Shown: positions 33,123-52,615 of the stretch, in pieces
Numbering within the stretch: the first letter of the stretch is position 1
How the letters are laid out: each line of letters opens with the position of its first letter
Origin: Zygnema circumcarinatum SAG 698-1b
Lineage: Eukaryota > Plantae > Zygnematophyceae
NCBI GenBank assembly: GCA_037447605.1
Contig: CM074820.1
Coordinates: forward strand, 2,170,001-2,234,000
Direction of reading: 5' to 3'
DNA: 64,000 nucleotides
Notes under the pieces: generated by a model
The model's input: only the letters and a program-made list of their open reading frames with translations
What the model was told of the DNA's origin: nothing
Databases searched by the model: none
Made by a program: the position numbers and the translations under genes

Positions 33123-35520
33123 TCATTTCTCGGTGGTTTTTAGCAAAGCCATTTCTTCGTCATTCCTTTGCCCCTCTGGTTCCCTTGGAGGTGCCTGAGA
33201 TCTCATGTCCTGGTGGGAGAATAAAAGAAAACAATGCAAAGCTTCGGAATACGTTCAGTGTCCAGGACATCTAGGATATTCGCGTCTCAGAACTATGATG
33301 AAAAACTTAGGGTTAAATGGATTCGAGCTAAAAAGCTAGATTCCAAAGCTCCATCTTAACTACTTACAACCAAGGCTTAGGGTCTTGGACCTATAAAATG
33401 TGAAGTTTACTTATTTTTTGGACCCTAAACTTGAACGCTTGGAGGCTAGTTTCAGGGTATTTAGTGTGGATGGAATTAAAAAGTTCGGGTTTAAACCATA
33501 GAGTTAAAGGTTGGAGGTGAGTTTAGGGTATGGAAGCGCACCTGCAGCTTGCTGTGGTTGTACCAGCACACGCCCAGGAAGGCGATGCCATAGCCGAGGA
33601 GGTTGACCGCAGACACGCGGTCCATTATGACCGACCATGAGAACGCGATCAGGAGCCAGTCCTTCACCACTCCTGCAGGGAGCGAGGGAGGGGGGGAGGG
33701 AATGAAGAAGAGGAAGGGAGGGAGGGAGGGACTGGAGGAGAGCGGAGTTCGGAGAAGGGAGGGGGAGGACGGGGAAGAGGGGGTTGGGGGGGAGGGGGGG
33801 GGGGGGGGGGNNNNNNNNNNCTAGAGAGGAGGGGGAAGAGTGTGGAGGCAAACTGCAAGCAGGGGCAGCCAGAGAAAAGGGCAGAACAAGAGCCCGAGCC
33901 CAGTGAGGAGGGGAGAGAGAGAGAGAGAGAGAGGGGGGGGAGCGATAATGATGTTTGCTACATCACTGCAAGCATTAATACACCAAATACAAACTCTTAA
34001 AGAAAATAGTCTATTTGCGCTGAAGCTTTGAACACTTTATATTCACCTGCGACATTCATCGTCAAAGCAGAAGTTTTTCCCACAAGCAGAAAGACTGCTA
34101 AGTTCAGTGCGAACGCAACAGTGGAATTTGCGCCAAATGTGAAGAAATCAAATTTAAAGGTTTCCGCTTCCATTAAACGCGGAAGTTCCATGATGGCCCA
34201 CGGAACAGATAGGAAAACAAGGCAGCATGGAGCCACATAGTACAACGTCGTGATGGGATTGAATTTAATTCCCCTCGAGGTCAAAAGAATCTGCATTTAA
34301 ACAAGGTAGAACCCCAAAATTTAGAGTAGCCTCAAGCTACGCACTACTGTTCAAAAAAAAAACTCAAAGACATTTTTTGGACAAAACCAGCACAGAATGT
34401 GTAGAAAACCGTGCGGAGGAACTAACAAAAGAGAAGGAAAAAGAAAAATTGGCACCTGAATAAGAACCAATCGTGTTGCTTCGACAGCGACAGCTCCGAG
34501 CTGTAAGCAGATTCCGGTGAGGTTGAAAACAACTTCTCCATAGGCAGCAATGGCGACTCCTAAGGTAATGCAGATCATATTCGCCCAAGTCTGGCGTTTG
34601 TGGACTTCTTTCTTGAAAAAGATTCCGATCGAATAAACTGCAACAGGCATCAACGCCTTAAGCATCTGCAGAGTATAAAACAAGGAAAAATAAAGGGAGG
34701 GTGCGGTTTGGGGGGGGGAGGGGACTGGCATGTAAGCCCCAGTTGCTAGTTGGTAACCCAAATAACCCGAAAAAGTGCTGCTCGTTTCAATAGGGCGGGC
34801 GGGCCGGTGGGAGAGATGAGAGAGAGTAGAGACGAAGATAATGAAAGAAGGGAGAGAGAGAGACGGAGAGAGAGGTGAGATGTTTTGTTTCTGAATTCTA
34901 CCTGGATGAAGGAGACGGAAAGGTAGATGTACGCTGAGTTTGAGAACCACAAGCTGAGGGCATAGAGGGCTCCAATGGGAACCACTCCGGAGAAGTAAAC
35001 TTCTCTCGGCATCTCCACCGCCTCCACCAGCCGGAAGACGCGAACGAGAAGGAACGCGATAGAGGAGCAGAACAGCATGTGGATCATGGTGAGGCTGCAA
35101 AGGGCGGGAGAGCGGAAGAGGGAGAGAGTGAGAGGAAGAGAGAGGAGAGGGGGAGGGTGAGGGTGAGGGGAGAAGAGGGGTGCGGCAGGGGGCGGGTAGG
35201 AAGGTAGAGGGAGTGAAGTAAAGAGAGGGAGAAGGAGGGGGGGAGAAAATGGAGATAAAAAGAGGGGAGATAGAGAGGCAGGAACAGAGAAGGAGACAGC
35301 GAGACAGAGATAAAAGAAAGAGTCAGGGTGGGAGAAGGAGGCACCTGATAGGGTAGGGCCAGTTGTAGAGGCGCGCGTCGAGGATGTACTTGTTGAAAAT
35401 GATGACGGAGAAGCTCAATGCTATCCAAATACTGACGTAAAAATAGCTCAGCACAGCTGTCATGAATAACGTCTGCTTCGTCCGCTCCATTCCCATTTCC
35501 GTCTTGATGGCCTTCTCCAT
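33123..35520 (-). CDS. TPT-family probable sugar phosphate/phosphate (nucleotide-sugar) translocator; exons 35520-35345, 35094-34902, 34665-34456, 34290-34047, 33672-33542, 33194-33123
   Basis: [106 protein letters not shown]. Confidence 0.93.
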
Positions 35521-36064
35521 GCTGCGCGTCTCAGTTAGGGTTTTCAAACGCAAAAGTGAGTATGCAGACCTACGGAAATGCTCAGTGACGGGAGGAGAGA
35601 AGGAGGGAGTGGTCGTGCAGATCTACAGAAGGGAGGGCGGATGGAGAGGGAGAGGGAGAGGGAGAGAGGCTGTCAGTTTTCTGGTGCGGTCTGCGAGTTA
35701 AGGAACAGAGAATGCGGACCTGAGTGCAGGAGGGGGCGAGACAGGGAGGGCGGGAGGGAGGATAGGGAGGGAGAGGGAGAGGGCGGGCGCGGCACAATGT
35801 TACCGCCCGCACGCACGGCGCGGGAGCTCAAGCCCCGCACGTCCGTAGGGTAGGTGCCGTACCGTACGAACATGACGCAACAAAGGGCTCCCTCGCCGTC
35901 TGTGTGACGCGTACCCGCGCGGGTCCTTTCCGTATGGTACAAAATAGTACAGTACGATAATGTACGGTAATGGATAGTACGGAGCGACCGCGGCGAGGAG
36001 AGTCCGCCTGTTCCCTTCCCCGCCCTCGCCCTCGCGCCACGTGGCGTCGCCCCGCGGGACAAGC

Positions 36065-38820
36065 ATGCCACGTGGCAGCCCCTCCGCAATGCACGCGTTC
36101 GCCGGCAACCCCCTCGCGGCGGAGAAGAGGGAGCGGCTCTCCTCCTCGGACGCGCTCGCCCTCCTCCGAGAGGGAGAGGGAGAGGGAGAGGCCCGCCCCG
36201 GCCATGGCGGAGCGCGAGTTCTTGCCATGGCGAACGGCCGACCTCTCGTAGCTTCCTCGCGCGGAATCCATGGCGGCACTACATGGCGCTTATCGTGGCA
36301 ACGGGCGGGAGAACTTTCTGCGGATATTGCGAGGCTGCAGGGAGGGGGCGGAGGGACGTTCGTGTACTTGGGGGAGCGAGAGGGAAAACCTTACTTTTGT
36401 ATGGAGGTGGAGGGGGGGGAGGCGAGGGAGGAGGGAGGGTTCATGGTTTTGGAAGAGGAGGGGGAGGAAAAGGGCGGCGTGAAGGCGGGGTTTGTGGAGC
36501 TGAGGGCGCTGATGGTCGCAGCGGACTGGGCCAACCCGAGGGACATGGAGGAGCTCGCCATCGCTGGGCATGTATGTGTGCATGCGTGATTGCATGCATG
36601 GGGCCATGCATGGGGGTATGGGGCCATGCATGGGGGTATGGGCCCACGTATGGGCGCGCATGAGGGATGCAATGAGGGGATGTGGGTATTCATGCATGGA
36701 TGGCAAGGGCAGGATGCATTCATGTATGCATGGGGTTATGGGGGAATGTATAAACTATGTGTGCATGCATCCATGGATGCATAAATGGGAGGATTGATCC
36801 ATGCGTACATGGACGGAGAAAGGAAAGGGTTGCATGGCTACATGGAGGAACGAATGGGAGAGCGAGGGGCAGACGAACAGGCAAGGGGGGAGGAAGGCGA
36901 TGGCGGAAAAGGGCCGGAGATGAGAGTGAGAGGGAGGGAAGAGGGTAGCGGGGGAAGGAGAGGGAGGGAGAGCGGAAGGGGAATAGCGAGAGGGAGCGGG
37001 AGAGGGAGTAGGAGAAAGATGAACAAATGAAGTGACATATTGATTCTTAAGGGGGCTTTGTTCAGGCCCGCGCCATGCTGGAGTGGCACCGGCAGACGAA
37101 GTTTTGCGGAAGATGTGGCGCGCCGATGGTTTCCATTGAGGCTGGCAACCGGCGGCAGTGTACTGATTCTAAATGCAAGTCGAAGGCATATCCACGAATT
37201 GATCCTGTGAGTGCCGTGAAGGATATTTCCTTCTAATAATGGCTTACCTTTTCTTTTTGTTGTCCCCCCTCCCTTGCTCTCTCTCACACTCTCTTTCCAC
37301 TCTCTCTTTTTCTCCCTCCCTGCCCCCACTTTCCCGTCCCATTTTTTTTTATAACTATCGTGCAATAGCAAGACAGATACTTCGGTGCAAATTTAAGGCA
37401 GAGGTTAGTTACATTGTTTCTGAAAAACTCTCCCTCTCTCTGTCACTCTCCCTCGCTCTCCCCTCTCCCTCCCTCCCTCTCACACTCGTCCCCCTTCCCT
37501 TGTCCTTCTCCCATTCCACACTTTCTTCCACGCTTTTTTCCAGGAAGTAGCCTTAGGAACTATTTTTCGTTGTTTTCATTTGAAATTTAAACCCTCAAAC
37601 ACCGTAACCGCAACGCTACAACGTGAGGGTGGTCAGGTAGTGATTATGCTCATTATCGATAAAGAGAGAGACTGCGCCCTCTTAGGGAGGCAGGCTCGCT
37701 TTCTGCCGAGGATGTGGAGCTGCCTCGCTGGTTTTATGGAAGTACGCATGTCAGATTTTCTCTCGCAATCTTTCATCATACATTTTGCATTTACATTTTC
37801 TCTCTCTTATATTTTACATCCCTTCTTCCCCCCTCTCTCCCTCTGTCTATCCCTCTCTCTCTCAGTTCTCGTCGCTAGTTCTTTTATTTGTTAGATAAAA
37901 GAGTTTGTATTCAAGCAACTTATTTGTTTGTAGTGGATTTATGTGTCCGCATGTGCCTAGCAGCCCGGTGAGAGTTTGGAGGAGGCAGTAAGGAGAGAGA
38001 CACGTGAGGAGGTGGGGCTCGAAGTGGAAGAAATCATCTACCATAGCTCGCAGCCATGGCCGGGTGAACGCTCACACTCTCTCCCTTTTTCTCTCGACTC
38101 CCTTCCTCTCTTGTTCTCTCTCTCTACTCTCTCTCTCTCCGCCTCCCTCCCCACTTCCCCCCCCTTATCTTCTTATCCCCTTATCCCCTCTCCCCCTCCC
38201 CATTCCAAACGTCTCCCTCTCCCACCCTCCCCCCCTCCCCTCCGTCTATCTCCTCTCCCCTCCTGAGCCCCTCCCTTCCTACCTCCTTCCCACACACTCT
38301 CACGAGTCCTTAGGGGGGCGGGTCCACCAGTTGGCCAAGGAAGCATGTCCTGTCAACTGATGATCGGTTTTTTCGCTTTCGCCAAAACTTTCGACATTGT
38401 TGTCGACAAGAAGGAACTGGATGGTACGCCTCTCCTCCAAGTTTCAACTCCTTTAATTTCCATCGGTGTGCTCTATTTCCCTCTAACCTACCGCGATTCA
38501 AAGATGTCCCCACTCTCTTCCCCCTCCTTGCAGATGCAAGGTGGCATACTCGAGGAGAAGTGAAACAAGCCTTGACATTCACCGAATACCGCGAAAACCA
38601 AGAGTCGGCCGCAATAAAGCTTTATGATTTATGCCACCAAATAAAGGGGGAGGAGGAGAGCTCACCTAGGGGAGGAGCGAAGGTGAAGCCTCCAGCCTAT
38701 GTTCCCGGGCCCTACGCGATTGCGCACCATCTCATCAGCACATGGGCCAGTGTGGGTACTAGCGGAATAGTGAGTGCTTCCCCCCAGTCAGCCTCCCCGG
38801 GCATATTGAGCAAAGTTTGA
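36065..38820 (+). CDS. NUDT19: Nudix hydrolase 19 / NudC-type NAD(P)H pyrophosphatase; exons 36065-36571, 37066-37206, 37637-37741, 37964-38063, 38331-38423, 38534-38820
   Basis: HAFAGNPL, ARAMLEWH, zinc ribbon FCGRCG...C, YPRIDPVVIMLI, WSCLAGFMEPGESLEEAVRRETREEVG (Nudix box), SQPWP, YVPGPYAIAHHLI. Confidence 0.93.
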
Positions 38821-39274
38821 AGGTGATGGAACGTCTTCCTCGCTCCCTCCCCCCCCTTCACACTCACACAAGGAATATACGAAAAGCGGCGAGTCTCAAT
38901 TGCAGCCTGAGTAGTTACACGCGCATGAATGTACATTATGCATGTATATTTTTGGAAGGCTGTATTCGATTACAAGAATACCATACATTGACGATGTGCA
39001 ACAGCTACTTTGAATGCATGGATGGATGTATACATTTGTAAAAGTACAGATGTATTGGTGCGTGGATGTGCCAATCGTCTGTACAAAAAAAAGGGCACTC
39101 TAGCTACTTCTAGGGTTCAGAGCTTTCAGAGGATTGAAAAGTGGAAACCTAGAGAACCCAAAATATACTTTGTGCGATTGTGCCCGAGTGGTTCTCCAAG
39201 CAGAAAAGCGTAACCGACACGAGAAGACCACCGAAGCCTATACCACCCTCGAACTGTACCACCCATCTCTTGCT

Positions 39275-42200
39275 TTACTCGTTCAACCCCCAATCGTATG
39301 TCTTGTACTCAACTGTATACTCGTTCCGTGCCAAAAGGTCGATCAAATCGGCCCTTTTGGACTCGTCCAGATACGGCAGCAGCCACCTGAGCCTCTCCTC
39401 CTGGGTGTCCCCAAAGTCCGCCTTGTACCAGTCCAGAATCTTGGACATCCGCACCGCCGCCATGGCCCGGTCCACCTCGACCTCCGTCTCGCAGAAGGCC
39501 GCGGCCGCGCCCTCCAGCGCCGTCTGCGCGTTGGCGGCCGAGAACACGCGGATCGCCGGACACGACCGCGCGCCGCAGTTCAACGCGAAGTGGACCCGCG
39601 GCTCGTTCGGAGTTAAACTCCAGAAGCGGCGTGGATCCGCGGGCCCGAAGGGGCGCGCCCCGACAAGGGCCATGAGAGTGGTTGGACGGTTCCCGCGCAG
39701 CACGCCGTGTTCGATGTCGTCTAGCGAGACCGCCGCGCCGCCGATCACGTACCGGCTGCGGGCGTAAAAGAAAATGCGGTCCAAGAGGGTCGCGGGCTGA
39801 CCCTTCACGACCATGGCGTGGATCACGAGCGCGTTGTAAATGTTGATCCAAAAGGCGAGTTTTTCGTCTCGTGTTAACGAAATTGGATCCACCTGGGACA
39901 AGAAGGGAACCAAGTGGACACGCCCTTGCGAGTTGGGGTTAGGGTTAGGGTTAGGGGTTAGGAGGTTAGGGTTAGGGGTTAGGGTTAAGAGTTAGGGGTT
40001 AGGGTTTAGGGGTTAGGGGTTGGGGTTAGGGTTAGGGCTGAGGGTTTAGGGTTAGGGGTTAGGGTTAAGAGTTAGGGTTTAGGGTTAGGGGTTAGGGGTT
40101 AGGGGTTAGGGGTTAGGGGTTAGGGTTAGGGGTTAGGGTTAGGGTTAGGGTTAGGGTTAGGGTTAGGGTTAGGGGTTAGGGGTTAGGGTTTAGGGTTTAG
40201 GGGTTAGGGGTTAGGGTTAGGGTTTAGGGGTTAGGGGTTAGGGGTTAGGGTTAGGGTTAGGGTTAGGGTTAGGGTTAGGGTTAGGGTTAGGGTTAGGGTT
40301 AGGGTTAGGGTCAGGGTTAGGGTTCGGGTTTAGAGTTCAAAGTTAGGCTGAGGATCTAGTGTTTATGGTAAGGGTTAGGGTTCGGGTTTAGAGTTCAAAG
40401 TTAAACTGAGGATCTAGTGTTTATGGTAAGGGTTGGGGTTTCGGGTTCCAAGTTGGACTAAAGGTTTAGGTTTTTAGGGTCAGGGTTAGGGGTTAGGATT
40501 CAAGGTCAGGGTTAGATTTTGGGTTTCAGGTTCAAGGTTAGGATTAGGATTTAGGGTTTAAGATTAGACGTGAGGGCTTTCGGGTTAGGGCTAGAGATAG
40601 TTTGTTTGGTTCGTATGTAAGCCAATCTGGTGTCTGTGTAAGGTTCAGCTTAAAGTTTCAAATTAAGGAGTTGAGACTTCATTCATTCCCGCATGGCTAC
40701 CCCGGGCTGTTAATGACCACAATAGGTATAATACTTGAAATGCGGCCCTTTCTAATTCATACCTCCATGTCCAGTGAGCACTTCCGTATTTTTGTTAGTG
40801 TTTTATTCATACCAGCACGCTATATTCCAGCAGCAGTCCCGAAAACCCTAAAAACCCTAAACCCTAAAACCCTGAAATTACGCACCACTTCCGGCAGGTT
40901 CTGCACGAGCCACGTGGCCGCGGCCTCGCCCGAGAAGACCTTCCGGAGGGTCCGCCAGCCCTCCGTGACGTCACGCCTCTCGAGGCCCGTCCCCGGCCGC
41001 GCCATCATGCGCGCGATCTGCTCGAGGCGGACCCGCCGGGGGGCCTCCCCGGGGGGGGGGGCGGGGATAGAGGGAGGGGGGGGCGGAGTAGCGGGGGCCG
41101 AATGCAGCACTTTCCGGATTTCGTCTGGAAGCTTCTGTGGCGGCGCTTCTAGAACTTTCCGGAATTCGCCGTCTGCAACCAACTGAAAGAAAATCCGACG
41201 AAGGAAATTAGAAGCAAAAATGAATTTCATGATCAATTAATTAGTGAGTTCTAGGTCTTACGGGGGGGGGGGGGGGATGTTGCACCATGACATGCATTTC
41301 AATTTTAGGGTTTAGGGTTTTAGAAATTTGGCGTTTAGGGTTTCAGGATTTAGGCTTTTTTAAAAAGTTTAGAATTTAGGGTTTTAAGGTTTGGGGTTTT
41401 TTCGGATCTTTCATGTTTCTTTAGAAGTGTCAGGGTCTCTTGGTCATCCAAGATTTAAGGGTTCTTTAGCGGTTTTAGGAATTTAATGTCGTCAAAATTG
41501 AGGTTTAGGGTATTAGAGCACCTTCTCCAGGTCATCCGCTCCCCCGACGTACCGCCCGTTGACATAGATCACCGGCACCGTTCTGCGGCCCGTCACCGCC
41601 ACGACGGCGTCTCTCAGTGCAGCGTTCCGTTCAACGGAGACCTCCGTACATGGAACCCCCTGCTCCTTCAAAATAGTCTTCGCGCGTTTGCAAAACGGAC
41701 AGGCCAACGTTGTGAAAATGAAACTGTCGCCCTCCTGCCCGCCTCTCGCGTCTGCAGCTCGTCACGGATAAGAAAGGGTTAAAAACACTACAAACTTAAA
41801 AGCCCTCAAAAACCCAAAACCTGAATAAGCCTGGAAATCCCTTTACCTTGAGGCCTAGGAGCCCTGGAAGACCTACAACCGTGCAAATCGCCACAAAAGG
41901 ATAGAAACCCTCCAAAAATCAAGATTTAAGGTAAACAAGGGCTGTTTTTTTCGTCTGGGTTTGCATCGCAAGGGCAAGTGCTTTACCATCTGAAGTAGCC
42001 AACGCGGATTCTGCAATGTTGGCGCTGGCCAAACAGATGGCTCCGCCGGCAAGTAAACTCGGAGCGGTAATATTTAGTTTCCGGTTTCCGGTTTTCGATT
42101 TTCGGTTTTTTCCAAAGACTGAGGACGTGCCGGACGAGAGGACGACTTTTGCAATCGGTAAACTCAACTGCTCCCAAAAAATAAATAAATAAGTAAATAG

Positions 42201-42848
42201 AAACGACTATAGAATCGTACGGATAGTATTGAGGTAAAAATAAAGAGGTCGAGTCAACATGGTCACATTCAGTTCGAATTCGACCTCAGCTCCAATCCAT
42301 AATAAAATTACATGAATCATGAACTGAACACTGACACGGACTACCTTGTTCGTGGCTCCGTTTCGCAACATGGAAAATGAATGCTTCGGAAAAGGCCTCC
42401 TGTTGCTCCCTGCGAGCAAAGCAATGCGCCTTTGTCGGTTTTGCAGGGTAAAAGGGTACAAAGGTATAAGCATTACCGGGGGGACTTAGAGGTTAAGAAA
42501 ATAGAATTGACTGTGCTCAGGGAATATCAAACAGGTTTGTTTCCTATGCCCTTACATTATGTCAAGTGGTGTTCATGGAATTCAATACGTTTTACGCCAC
42601 CTAATATGTTGAGGGCCAGCCGTCAGGTTTTGAGGGTTTAAAACTAATCATGTATTAAGTTTGCCTAATGTACAGAAGGAACGAGTTCCAGTCGTTAGGG
42701 TTCACACTGGACAATGCTTGAAGCTCGTCGAGGAGACCTCAGCCCGCTCACCTGCAGCGGCCGCATCAGACCCACAAAAGTGAGACGAATTATAAAAAAG
42801 TGAAGCTCTTTGCGCCAGGGGAAGATGTCTTCTGAAGCTCGCCGCCAT
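39275..42848 (-). CDS. Glutaredoxin-DEP-DUF547 (class IV-type Grx) protein, apparently lacking internal exons; exons 42848-42752, 42409-42345, 42167-41987, 41751-41522, 41182-40886, 39892-39275
   Basis: Grx CPFC, RTVPVIYVNGRYVGGADDL; DEP N-half LERRDVTEGWRTLRKVFSGEAAATWL; DUF547 EKLAFWINIYNALVIHA, SLDDIEHGVLRGN, EPRVHFALNCGARSCP, YDWGLN. First three exons are inferred; an alternative in-frame ATG lies at 42950. Confidence 0.8.
39932..40590 (+). repeat. Interstitial telomeric array (TTAGGG/TTAGGGG, some TTTAGGG), near-pure to ~40322 then degenerate, including a 58-bp tandem duplication at 40323-40438
   Basis: Directly visible. Confidence 0.95.
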
Positions 42849-43671
42849 GGTGATGCCGGCGGAGGGGGCCCCTCCCCCTCCCCCTCCTGCCGGGAGCGGG
42901 AGCAGGAGCAGGAGCAGGCCCGTGCCCTCGCTCAGGCCGAGCCCGCCCATTGAACGACCGCTTCGCTCCGCCCGCCCGCCCGCAAAGAGAGGCGAGGCGA
43001 GGGCGTAGGCAGGAGCAGGGGCGTGCGCGCAGACGAGCTGGCCGCTGACCGGGTCTCGCGGACCCAGTACTAGGCTGCCACGTGGACTCTTTGCCAGCGT
43101 GGCACACTCCAACTGGCCGAACTGTACGGCTGGGAAAGGTGGGCTCGCGCTACGGGCACCCGCTGTGAGGAGGGAAGGCGAGAAGGTTAAAACCGTGTCC
43201 AGGCTGGGTCCAGATCTACAAATTGGATCCGAGGGAAGGCCGAAAAGAAACCAGAATCAATGCTTGGACACAGATAGGAAATGTGGAGTCAGAGTCCACC
43301 ATCAAGTTCGCAAATCAAGATCAACTGAATCAGGGAGCGATACGACACTAGGCGCAATATATCCCGATACGCAGGATGTTAGGGTTCAGGGTCAGTCGCT
43401 ATTGGGAGTTAGGGTTTTAGAGCTGTCGTACAGACCTTCTGGATTTCAAACAGGGCGGTAAGCGCTTAATTAGTTTTGGAGATGGCTTGCTGCTTGAAGG
43501 ATTCTCCTTTTGAAAAGTAAAAAAGTGACTATCCAAGGTCAGGATTTTTAGGGCCATTGAGGATTTTGTGGGCATCAGGGGTTTAGGGTTCAGGAATTGG
43601 AGGACTCTCGGATTTAGGGTTTGGGCTTTCTGAGTAGCTGTAGAGGAGCCGTCGGCATTTCAGGGGGCGGA

Positions 43672-51410
<7,739 letters not shown>

Positions 51411-52304
51411 ATTTCAAATAATTTTGCCGAATTTTGTAAAATTTAATTCGTTCTGCGTTCTCTTAATCATCAACTGTTATGCTGAAAACCGGCTTAAAGG
51501 GGGAAACCCTCGTTGTCCCCTTCAACTAGAGCCTCCGTTTTTCCTTATCACATATCAAACGTTTCTGAATGAAAATTTCGCTCCAAACAAGTGCCCTCCC
51601 TCTGAGGACCAGGTTTGAAACAAGCTCAAAAAAAATTTGGCTTGAATCTGCTGTCTGAAAACCTGCAAGAAATTTTTCATTTTTCTTGAAGTGTAGGCCT
51701 CGTTAACAAGCCTAAAAATGTTAATCGGGATTCAAATCCTGCCACCGGCCTAAATTAAAAGTTGCTTTCAGTCTGAACGTTGGAACCAGCGACCTGAAAA
51801 CGATGTTTTAGTTCGACCGAGAGGGGTGGGAGGATAGGAGCCACCCCCTGCAGTCGCTCGAGCCATGGCTGCCGGCTGCCGCATGACCACGTCTCCTCAC
51901 CTCTCCCGACGTGCGGGGCGAGGGAGGGAAAGATAGGGAACCGCCGCTCTCGCGAGCCATTCAGTGCATTGTTTCCATTCACAGCCGCTGAATGGCCGCT
52001 GTTCGACGCTGTTCAGTTCGAAGGGGCGCCTTCTCTCGGGTGCTCGTGGTTCCGGGGCTGCCTCGCTTCGGCCCTTTGACCTCAGTGCAGCCCTACAATG
52101 TATGTATGTATGTGTTGTAGTCGGGGTCTCTCGCCACGGCAGAGGGAGGACGACGGGGCAGGCAGGCAGGCAGGGAGGGCGGAAGGATGCGGAGATAGAA
52201 GAACAGTGCAGAGACTCAGGCTTCTTGCAGGTTCATGATTTGAAGGGTTAAGGCTCGAGGTTCAGAATTATGGTCGGTAGCGTTTGAGAACTCCAAGTTC
52301 AACC

Positions 52305-52454
52305 CAATAAAATAGAATGGCGAAAAACAGGTACTCAAACAATCATTTTGATTGGATGGCTTCCGTTCTGTACATAGAAACTGCCTACCTCTTCTAATTA
52401 TAAAGAAAACGTGCCCCACTTGCTCTCCACTCAAAAATCATTTACACAGGCGCC

Positions 52455-52497
<43 letters not shown>

Positions 52498-52524
52498 TCC
52501 ATTTCCATGCTACTCAGTTGCCTG
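52305..52524 (-). repeat. Dispersed ~230-bp element, copy B (3' UTR of the LOV/LOV gene)
   Basis: Reverse complement is colinear with 14458-14690. Confidence 0.85.
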
Positions 52525-52615
52525 TAACTCCGTTCAGTTCAAGTATATCCTTGACCGTTCCGTTGACGCAGCGGCACACTCCTCGTTTCCATGCTGCGGT
52601 GGGGTTGGCGTGACG

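Noticed and set aside
39932-40875. (TTAGGG)n ... (CCCTAA)n head-to-head chromosome-fusion signature
   Set aside because: The C-strand part is only ~30 bp, and one gene continues in the same orientation and phase on both sides.
52500-52550. tRNA-derived SINE promoter (A-box-like gctactcagttgcc) in the shared cassette
   Set aside because: No proper B box at a suitable spacing in either copy, and no A-rich tail.
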